Notes under the pieces: generated by a model
What the model was told of the DNA's origin: nothing
What the model saw: the letters and a program-made list of their open reading frames with translations, nothing else
Databases searched by the model: none
Part shown: positions 40,701-52,100 of the stretch, one piece after another
Layout: every line of letters begins with the position of its first letter
How positions within the stretch are numbered: the first letter of the stretch is position 1
Source: Enoplolaimus lenunculus
Taxonomy: Eukaryota
Reading direction: 5' to 3'
NCBI GenBank assembly: GCA_030248215.1
Contig: JASANG010002537.1
Location: 186,001 to 250,000, forward strand
Length of the DNA: 64,000 nt
Made by a program: the position numbers and the translations under genes

Positions 40701-43700
40701 TGTTACCAAATTTTTTTCAAAATAAATTAACACAAGTTTCAGGACAGAATCGTTCAATAAAATGAACAAAGCTGTTGCATTGTCTCCATGACAAGTTTGT
40801 GAGTCAATATTACACAAATATGGCATACCTCTGCTAAATTTGTACTATTATGTTGCAGACCAGCTAACTGTAAAATTTTCGTTTGATCCGCCTGTGATAT
40901 CGCATGCCAAACGTCTACTAAATCTTGTTCCGGTTGCGTAATTAAAAAATCAATACACTGTGCAAGCAGGACATCCGAATACCTACAGTGTCCTGATCTG
41001 TTAGCAGTGCCTGAAATATCAAATACTGTTATAAAACACAATAACCTTGCGTGAACCGAGCAACGAGAGTGCATAAGAGTGCAACCGGACATCCGGCACC
41101 GGCGAAAATCAGTGTCGAATTTCAACATTTTAAACAAATTGAAGCAAGTAGTTACTAAACGACTGAGATTTAATGTTTATTTTATATTCAAATACGCACT
41201 TCCGGCGGTATAATGTATCTTTAATCGCTCGCAGTCAATAATGCATTTTACGAAATGTTTCTTCTTCGCGGCGATTCGGCTGCTATTTTAAATAAACTGA
41301 AAAACTCTGTTTACGTTTTTTAATTTTCAAGTACTCTCAGCTAATTTCCATCTTGTATGTTGTTACATTAATGACTATTAAACTTGCTTCTGACACTTTC
41401 CACAGTTGTCATCACATTGCCAAATGCTTTAATTGAAGGTGAGCATTTAGCTTCTGTGAGAGCTATATGTATGTTTGCACGGTGCCAGTCGCGATCCAAG
41501 TCACGTATTAATACCAAACCGTCACTAGTTTCATTTTCGCGATTCCGTTTCATATCTATCAAAATCTGAAACAAAAACAGACTTAATTTGAACCAGGAGG
41601 ACGAAAAAGCTGACGTTTCTGTGATGGTTAACATAGGCGGTGTTTGCGTCAAGCCCCATACACGCATGAAAGTTTTTGCATGGAGAACTAGCCTCTGCAA
41701 TCTGCACGAGTTGCTTGCACATGCAAGTATTTGCAAAGAACGTGAAAAGTCCAGTTCCTGCTTCTGCAATACTTGAAAAGTAATCAATTTTTAGCAAGAA
41801 TTCAGATGGAACATTGCTAATAAATTCCTGGCCTATATTCATGTTGAATAATTTGCAGCTGCAAGTTCTCCAAACTAATTTTCGGACGAAACTTGCAGCT
41901 GAAAGTTTCACCTGCAAGAAATATTCACGCGTTAAGGTTTGACTCGTATTAATTTATTGATTTAAAACGGTTTCAAATCTTAAAATTTCTATTTAGTGCT
42001 TAATAGATGTAAAACTAGTCTAGTCGCCGTCTCCGCGGACCGTGAAATCAAACAAATTTGACATTACAAATAGTTCAAGATCCTCACAAAAATTCAAAAA
42101 GTTTGAATTAATAATCAAAATTCAGATGCAAGAAATTCAAGCTACTGGAAAGTGCGTTCACATGTGCAAAAAACATAAAATTTTTCTTGGATCGCAGCTT
42201 TGGCCCGTAAGTACTTGCGCATTTCGCCTACCAACAGAGACAGCGAACGATCGTGTAGCCCCGCTACCTGGTTATATAGCGATATGAGAAACAGAATTAC
42301 CCTTTCGGTTACCCAAAACTGTATCTTTTTGAAAGGAAACACAAAACACTTTTATTTTATTGTGACAAAGTACAAATAGTTGCATTTTTGCGTTTAAAAC
42401 ATTTATGGCATCGCGTAAAAATATGGGTCATCCGCATTTATAACGTCTACGCTATGTTAAAAAATTCTCCAGTCTATTTCGTTTGCCCGGGATCAAAAAC
42501 AGCACAGCTTTGAGTTAGGGTTGTAGAGACGGTGTTTGAAACAGAGGAATTTGTCCCGGGCCTTTTCGAAGGGTATGGGCACAGTAGCCAAGTGAAAAAT
42601 AAAGTAAAAAAAATAAAGCTTGACGGCGATTTATTAGTTTAACTGTATAAAACGGCAATTCACAGCAGATAGAAATATTCAAAACAACTTTTGTTCAGAT
42701 AATCTATTTTTATTTTCGGGAACAACGGTTAAAAATGGACCGAAACCCAGACGAAATTCTCGGTCTCGGTCTCGCTTTTTTGACCGAGACCAGTCATCCC
42801 TGGCCATAACAGATCTGGTTTGTCCAAAAATAAATGAAAACAATATTCTCCAAAATACCATGATCGTAAGCACAGATACAATATATACCGATCTCCTAAT
42901 AGGATCTACTGCTAGCAGTATAAAATCTATATACGGCTGTCATAAACATACCTAACCATAAGAAATAACACTTAAACTTTTGTGAGCTTAATTTAAAATA
43001 AATTTACATAACAATTTACAGAATTTAAAAATTCTACCTGTTGCGATTTTTTCAAGCAAAAGAACGCCGTTGCAAAATTGCGCTGAGCTGATGCCGCGTG
43101 CGCTTCATTGATTCGCATTTTAGCAACAGCGCCTAAAAGATCAGTTGCTGGCTTTCGAGCTCGAAATCTATCTCGTTCCGATGATTTCAATAACAGTTTG
43201 GCAAGCACTGATCTGAAAACGCAATAATTATACCAGATACGGCATTTTAAGTTTTCGAAGCAATTATTTCAGTCGGTACCATAGCATTATACTATATGTT
43301 GTGTAAAAATTAAACTCTGCCCAAAAGTGCGATAGAGCAGCAGCAGCAGAAAAAAATATTTATTTATATATATCACAGTATTCTATGACACAGCATGTGA
43401 TGTTATTCATGTTTCTATGATAATTGCCATACACAAAGGTCACACATAAATTGCGAATACAGGTTAGAAACAATGCAAATTTTCGATTCCAATAACACCT
43501 TCTGAACTTACTCACAACTAATATTGTAAACGTTGTAAAGAAATTCAACATTCAGGGTAAATGAGAGTCAATCGTAGAAATTTTCACATTATAAGCCTAT
43601 CTAGAGCGACTATGACATGAACTGTTGCAAGTTATATCACACATACCATCTTTATCAGGTCTAGTAGTATTACGTAATAAAAGAGTTACCTGTTATGTGT

Positions 43701-46700
43701 TACGTTAGACCAAGTAATGGTATCGTCATATGTTGCGCTAGGCTGGTGACTCAGCCAGGAGGTAGCAAACTGACTAAGTGTTTGTTCATTAACACCTGAA
43801 ATAATACTCCGAATTTTGTGAAAATGTGTCAATGAAATTGGTATAGCAAAAGGCGGTTACACGGCACATTTACGGCGTTGCCAAATATATTTTAGCACCG
43901 TTGAGTTAAATCCGAAAAGAGTCCATATATTCTAAGAACAATTCAGACTAAATTTCCTTAAAGTTAAATTTATGCCTAAAACATATTTTTTTATAAAAAA
44001 TTCCAATTACACAATCATTCCTTTATTAGTACTGGACTCCGTTCTGCGACTAACCAGATTTAAAAGCGCTCAGAGCAAGCTTTGTTTCAATCAACGGCTG
44101 GATGACCTCAATACATCGTCTGGGATTAACAGCAGCATCGTCTGATGTCCATTTGGCCTACAATTTCAAGCACACGTGATAGAAAAGGTAGAATTATAAC
44201 TAAAAGTTTTCACATATAGCACAACATAGATTGACCTTTGAAAATGCCAGCAGATAACCATATCCACACTTCATATATCACTGAAAAGACTTACGCTCAA
44301 AAAACCTTTCATTCCTTCACTACAATATTTTATTGCCGTGTCATATTGAGTCTCCGAAATATGCCAATGAGCGAGATCATTTGAAATCACAGTCTAAACA
44401 GTAAAATTATATTTAAAGAAATACGATTTTAGCAACATACAGGCGGAAACAAATTACAAAATTTTTCTTCTAATGCTATTTGATTATTCTTAGAAATTTA
44501 ATAACGCTACGACGTAAAAAAACTATGACCTTTTATAAATGTCATTTAACAAAGGTAAATGTAGTCTACTTTTAACTTGGAGTTCAAAAACTAAAGTAAA
44601 CGTTAAGCTTACCTCTATTTCCGAGTGTTTTTCAGCGCTCAAATTGCTTTGTTCTACAGCCTCGGCTAACAGTTTATTGCAATGCGCGATGTCTTGGCGT
44701 TCTTCGATTTGACGAACCGCTGATTTGATCAACAAAGGGTAAAAATCCTTCTAAAATAATAAAAGAACCAATAACGTTTATTACTATATTCTTTTAAAGC
44801 AGGACGGAATCCTGCATTATAAATGCTTAAAAATGTGCCTGCCGTGATATAAGCAAGTCTATAACGTTTAAAATGATGCAATAAGAAGCATTTACGCAGT
44901 TATCAATAAGAATAATGTTACTAGAAATTTAGGTACCATTTGTGCTTAGGTATTTCCAGTCATGCACAATGTAGTTGAATATGAACAAAAGAGTACCAGT
45001 GTATTGGGTTCTATGATAGACGTGGCAGACACAACTGAACCGAAAGAATAACTAAACGGCTAATATCTGCAAACTTAATAATTAACACATAAATCCAAAA
45101 ATTGTACGTATGGTAATTTACTTCCAACCAGGATCCAGAAAACCAATCCTTAGGGTTGCGTTATTAGTATCCCCATGCGCGTCACCGGACGCCACAAAAA
45201 ATCAAGTTCTGAAACCGAAGCTCGGTGCCAGCGCAAACCTAATTCATGTTTCACAGAACTGTAAGCTGCAGTATATTCTGAAATCATATTTGCGATAATT
45301 ATCCGACTAACCATAATATCATTACTGTTGCGTACGCTGCGTTCTTTTAAGGTTCCGTTTAGAACATTCCAACACATATCTGACACCTCACGCCACCTTT
45401 GAAGTTGTGCAAGGCACTAGAACGTTAGTATTACATAAAATACAATATATCAGCTCAAGAACTATCAGAAGTATGTCGAGGTCAATTACTTTATAGTGTT
45501 TACCATTGTGAATGCTCAAAATCACCTCCCGTTAATTTTAAGATATGACACATTAAACTTATATTAACTATGATGTATGTGTATTTTTATAATAATATGT
45601 GTTATAAAAATGTCCAAAATCGCGACAGCCAACGGTTAGAGCTCTTATTTTTTCACAATCCAAACAAATAACTCACGTTTAAACGCCCTCGCGTAGCCAG
45701 ATCATGTTCTATCCCAGATAAACAAGAGTTCCTTTTATCGCCCGCAAGTGTATCGCATGCCTGTACACAAATCAGCAAACTATTAGTAAACTACCACATC
45801 CATGAGTCGTCATCACATAATCATTCATGGCATTTCGTCATTACTGCAGTTTTTATTTAGACAATAAACTTTTGTAATGAGAGCCGTTTTAGCTCATATA
45901 AAAGTTACTCCCCTCAAGAAAGGGAGTGTTAAGGGAATTTTATTGACAGTAACATCTGAAACAATCACCTTTTCATATTGAGCCACAGCTTCTTTGGCAT
46001 TTCCGGCTGCTTCAGCGCATATTCCGAGCAAAGTTGAACTTTGAACTTGTAGCTGTGTTTGAAAAATGCTTCGTACTTGATCCAGGCGATTGAGCGAACG
46101 ATAAACCCTTAAACGATCAATAAATTACATGATGCAACATCTGACGTTTTAGAAAGCAACCAGCCGGCACCGCTTTGATCACACCACTTTCAATGATTTA
46201 TTCATAGGCTAGGAGAACATACACTTGAATCCAAGGTGCCACCGAATACCAAAAATGGGGTAGCCGGATAATCCAATATGTGGTCGGAGCCGGGAAAGAA
46301 ATTCCAATCTAATACTAAGCGGCATTCAAATATCAGAACGTTGCTGACGATTCTTCAGTCGTTGGCCTAAGGTATCCAAAGTGTTTCCGTGACAAAGCTT
46401 AACACTTTACGCCGATGCATTGGCCCATGTGACTTTTAAGAGCATTAAGTCTTCCCTAGGTACTATATAGAGCAGTCTTAGGTTTTAAGGTATTAGTCAC
46501 ATACCTATTTTACGCTGCCATATAAACGCAGAGATACTGTTACGCGCCTAAAAATAACACTGGTCGTCTTTCTTGGTTTTCCAGCGTGATTGTAGCCCAA
46601 TAAAGATGGCGAACGTGCACGGGTACATTCAACCGTTTACATGACAGAAAAAACTTCAAAAAGTAGGTAAATCAGTTCCATGACAGTTGGCATAATTGCC

Positions 46701-49145
46701 ATTTCATGAATACACAAACACATAGTTTATTAATCGTTTCTGCGCCCATTTGCATCAAACCTTGGGTCAATATAAATTGTATCGAATGTATTTTGCAGGG
46801 TTCCATCGAAATTCCAGCAAAAATTGATCCATGTTCCTGTTCCGGCACTACGGAACGAAGGTGTCGGAATTTTTACGGCCATGATGAGTTCTTTTGTAGG
46901 AGTGATGAAAACGAAAAATAGACCGGGAAAAAATCGTTCAAGGCACGTTTTTCAAGAGTTTACTAAAACGTATATAAAACTGTAATGCGGTGCTGAAATT
47001 TATTTCAAATTTCGATTCCTGTTCCGGCAAAAAGTTCAATTCATGTTCATGTTATGACAATATTTAGATCTTGTTGAAATCCTGGCATTTTGTAAAATAT
47101 AGACACACAACTTACTTTGCAAGTTTGGCCCATTTATCACTTGCAGCTTCGTTACTGTAAGTCTGCCGGCGCGTAGGCAAACAATGAACCTGAAGACTTC
47201 GGTTATATAAACACTGTACGATTTCGTGTTCCAACTGCACCACAGCTGAAATACAAAATCGGTAACATGCTAATTAAACAGACGTGGTTTAAACCGACTA
47301 CCCTCGTAAGGTGACAAAGGACGTAAAACGTGTCGTTCCTGTCGTAATATGCCAATTCTAGCTTACTAGTTTCTCGATACAAAAGCGTATTAGTCTCCAG
47401 GCAATAATTAAAAATAACATTGTACAAACGAAAACAGGGGAACATAATAGCACAGCACGGGTTAACGGTGCACCCTTTCCTTAATTACGTAGTCCAGTTT
47501 AACAAATCATTTAATGTAATTTTGTAAATAGAAAAATTTCCAGTCTTACTATCAGCAGAATGTCCTGTTTCCAAAACGTTAGTCACTTCAACTAGAATAA
47601 CCTGTGTGGGAAATGTCCATATCAGAGGAAGCTCATATTTTGACATTGTATAAACATTGCGCGCAACTAAAGCACGACGGCAAGCAGAAAACAATTCCTG
47701 ATAGAAACACATTACCAAGCTACCGTTAATTACTTACTTGACATATTTGATTGCTGCAACTCAGAGCAGGTCAAAATATAATTCGTATTATAGCATGTAT
47801 CGTTTGCATATTGATAACTGATCAGCTAAAACACGGTTTTAAACAATAAACATTTTAAATAACCAAAACATACAAAATAAACAATTGTTTTTACGGTAGG
47901 AACGATGTTCTACAAATCATAATAACCGAGCTTGTGGCAACAGCAGAAATGAAATACAAAAAGTTTTTGAAAGCTACAACCTAACTCAGGTGAAACCAAT
48001 CTGTTTTAACAGAAATGTTGCGGAACAAAAACCAACCTTGCTATCGATTCATAATATACCTGGCTTAAACAAAATAATATTTATAGCTTTAGCCAATGAA
48101 CATTTCAAAATACCGATAGATAACTGGACTGTGTAATAAAATAAAGGGTGCACCGTCAACCCGTGCAATGCTATTATATGCTCTTTCTCTTTTCGTTTCT
48201 ACAATTTTATTTTTCAAAATACCGATAGTTTTCACGTACATTATCTGCATATTGCGCTGAGTAACCGCAAGTTAGCATTGTATCTTCAAGCATAGATCGC
48301 ATGAGTTGCACTAAATCCAAGCAAAGGTGAAGCCGTTTGACTTCACCGCTTCTACTGCAGCCGCTTGTATCGTACACATGATTTCTGAGACTTGTAAAAA
48401 ACGAACTCAAGACAACAGCCATATCAATTGAACTTTTCTGAAATAGTTACAAACGAAAAGAAATGGTGTGTTTTATCGTTAACTTAGATTTTTCAATTTA
48501 CAAATTTCAAATCAGTAAGACGCCGTTCACATAAAAATTTTGTTCAATGGTGCAACAGATTCTCATGTAGCACTATTTTTAGCCATCTTTTTCATATCAC
48601 AGAATTCTACTTCAAATATGGTTATATCCAGGTCTTTACAATCTGATACAGACCACAAAATTTTAGAATGTCAACCCGTTAAAACCTTAGAATGTCAAAC
48701 CTTTAATATATACGCGTGTGTATTGTGTGCGTAGCAATTTGTACCCTGTAAAAATGGTTTCTGTGTTATACTGCATGTGGAGAGTTTTGAAAAAATTTTG
48801 TGAACTGTGATAACCCTTGCATTATCATGTACCGCAAGATCAGGGATAGAAGAATTTTCTCTTAAAGCAAAAGAACCTAAACATTTTCTAATTTAACTAC
48901 AAACCACAAACCAATTGTTACGCCTTAGCTTGCACAATGCGACTATTCAGTTACTTATCATACTTGCTCAATGTCAAAAATTTCACCACTAGTGAACGAC
49001 AAATTACCTGATCGAGTAAATAACTAAAATTTTCCACGCCTTTGTACTTGAGGCAAATTTCGAGAAACCGTTGCGTTACAGGAGACTTGCAGCCACGAGG
49101 TTGATAACTTGATAAACTTGTCAATAAACAAGCTCTTGGCTTTCG
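31714..49145 (-). CDS. DNA-PKcs-derived portion: end of M-HEAT, FAT, PIKK kinase fold (pseudokinase), FATC
   Basis: Peptides [191 protein letters not shown] are collinear with remembered PRKDC (GQYDGRGKPLPEYH, GLSEETQVKCL, ATDPNILGRTWEGWEPWM*). Confidence 0.92.
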
Positions 49146-52100
49146 CTATAAAAAGTGCTAGTCAAAGTAGCTGCAAGGTTTGCAACATCAAAATGTCAAA
49201 GCATACGTGGCACATCAAAGTTCCGACCTAAATTGACGTGAAATTCTAAAAAATTTATATCTCTAATTATGTGCGCCCCGCCAGGACAAATATTTACAAC
49301 ACAATACCGAGTCGGTTATTTTGCACCGAAAAATACCAAATACATATTTTCTTAACAAAAAATTCGTGGTCCGGGACTCAGAACTTCTCAAAGCCAAAAC
49401 CAATACCCTGCCAAGAATGATTTACTATAAATGTATATATCCAAGCGGTCGCGTTACAAATTGTACAGGAGTAATGCGCGACGAACGGTTCGAACAGGCA
49501 GACATCCCTTATATATTACAGGCATACATACATGTTTCAATATATTTTGTGAGCTTTTTGTAAAAAGTCCTTAAACCTACATTTTAACGGTAATTCTAAA
49601 AATGTTGTTTTATTTCATAAATGTTAGGTCCAAGTTCAAGTTTATGCAATGAAAAACTACAGGTCCGGATCTCTGGGTATTTATTTTTAAACTTTGCATG
49701 TCTGATGAAAACAGTGCCCAAGGTGCGTAAGTAGTTTTTCAATTTTAACAAAACAGATTACGTTGGAATTAAAATATTAGTTACACACAGAATAGTATAC
49801 TACTACATTAAACTGTGTGATGTAATATTGCTATATTTTTAAAGCTTTGTGTCAAAACATCAAGTAACAATTAAGATAGTTTGACACACCTCAAATGCTA
49901 AACTTAGAAATGTTTTGCTTCCAGTAAAATTAAAACATTTGTACTGCAGCGCTTGGAAATTTTTAATATTAAGCTTAAAGAATATGGTGTATGAGTATGT
50001 GTTGTACCTCTTTAGTGCATCTTCTGACGGAATTTGTACCACAAATGGGCAATGAAGCGTTTCGGCGAGATGCAGAAGGTGAAGAATTGCAACGCTCGAC
50101 ACGGCGTTTGACCATGCGCAATTGTAATTGCGAAGTGCTAGCTTAATACGAAAAAGTAACAAAACGCTGTAAACGCACGAAAAGTTAAACTTAAAACTGC
50201 TTCTCCACAGCTTGAAAATTTCCGCCGGGGGCGTTTCCTGGGGGGCCCGCAGGAGTTTCCTGGGGGGCAGCTGATTTTGCTGGTGGGGCAGTTCTCCTGG
50301 GGGAATCTGGGGGGTCCTGGGGGACAGGCTTAAAATTTTGCAAACCGACTTTTTGGACCATGTTTTTCATTCCAGACCGTGTTTCCAACTCAACTGAAGA
50401 TAATAACAAAAATTTTAACTAATATTACTGACAACTTAACTAGAAATTGAAAGAAGCACAATTATATAAAATACAGATAATCTATAATTGAAACTGTGAT
50501 TAATATATATTGTATATATTAGTTACAGCTTCAGTTTATCATAAGGCTCAGGCGGGTTGAACTTGCTGTTGCAACGTACTTTCGAATGCTGTATGCCCTG
50601 AAACGGTCTTTATATAATTGTGCTTTTTTCAGTTCATTATTGAATTGTATTAGTTACTACGGGTATTTGTAACGCTATTAAAAATTATGACTACTCAGCG
50701 TAATATAAATCATATTTTGCCGAATATCCGCCTCAACAGAAGTCCAGGTCTTTACGCTTTAACATTGAAAATTTTTGGCCTAGAAAAGTCCTGGGGGCCC
50801 CCAGCCAAAAAATTTGCTGGGGGCATTTTGCTGGGGGCGGCCAAAAATTCGCCGGAGGGCGGCAAAATTTTCGCCGGGGGAAACTGAAAATTTCGAAAAG
50901 TGCTGCCCCCCCGCTGTGGAGAAGCCAGTAAAACAGTGGCCAAATATTTAAAGAGCATAAACTCTGGGTCAGGGACCGAAAATAAAAATAAGATTTTTAA
51001 CAACACTTTTCAATATTTTTATCTGCTTTGAATTACCGCTTTATGCAACTACACTAATAAATCGCCGCCAAAAATTATTTTTTACTTAATTTTTCACTGG
51101 CTACTGTCGCCATACACTTAGAACAGGCTCGGGACAAATCACACTGTCTCAAAACATTCTCAGTACAATCCAAATTTAAAGCTAGTGTTGTTTTTGCTCT
51201 TGGGCGAACCAAACAGACTGGAAAACTTTTAACATAGCGTGACGTTATAAATGCGGATGACCCATAATTTTTAAACGATGCCTTAAATGTCTTAAGCGCG
51301 AAAACGCCATTATTTGTGCTTTGTCACAATAACATCAAAGTGTTTTGGTTGGTAATTACTTATCGCTTTTTCACCTCTTTGGTCTTGGTTTGCTAACCAC
51401 CGAGACCGGGAAAAGCGAGACCGAGACCAGCCAAATCCCAAGACTTGCCGAGACCGACACCAGCCAAATCCAGAAACTTCCGAAACCGAGACCACACATC
51501 CCTGCTCTGGGTAAGGCAATAAGCAAGCACTAGGTAGGACCCAAAAGAATATCCGGCCCCGGGTCCGGCAAAAAATCGTCATCCGACTCCGACTCAGGTA
51601 TTCTACAATGCCAGATATTTATTGCTGATAAGTATAACAGAACTCTCAGTATTATAATATTATTTATGACCAAAATGACAAAACTCATCTCAAATATCCA
51701 ACTCCGGTGTTTTGCATAACGTAGAAACGTGATAAGCACATCCAAACATTCATATGTTATTTAAAGTAAGTCGCAAATGTTGCTATAATCAATGCCGATA
51801 TTTGATAATCAACATTTAATCTATAAATGTCGATATTGAGAATGAGACTATATCTTCCTAATTATTTAAATGCTTCAAAAACATACCTTGACAGCGCGAA
51901 AGCCTTTCACTGTACTTTTGATCTCTTACTGAGGCACAACTGGCACGACGGCGTTTGGCGGCAGCCTTAGTAACTGCTTTAACTCGAATATTGTTCTCGA
52001 GCCGAGGTTTAACGCCATCAGCGTCGAATGATGACCTGAGTAATCGGCGTTCTGTAATTCCATTAGCGACTCCTGAAAAGTGAGAAAAAATAAAAATACA

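Noticed and set aside
41531..41917. 128-aa ORF as an additional exon
   Set aside because: Its 5' part matches a dispersed repeat (cttgcagctgcaaattattca, also at ~59577-59597), and it is not needed for frame or homology.
47602..47697. AG/GT-bounded open segment [15 protein letters not shown] as an exon of the chimera
   Set aside because: Exon 47825-47738 plus the 47245 acceptor match DNA-PKcs better and have stronger splice sites.
31714..49145. Identification as TRRAP, ATM, ATR, SMG1 or TOR
   Set aside because: The GQYxGxxKPLPxxH, RKLxGxNP and WxPW* terminal motifs and the collinearity are DNA-PKcs-specific.
31714..49145. Decayed DNA-PKcs pseudogene
   Set aside because: No stop or frameshift in ~31 phase-matched exons, and splice sites and FATC are retained. 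It cannot be fully excluded without expression data.
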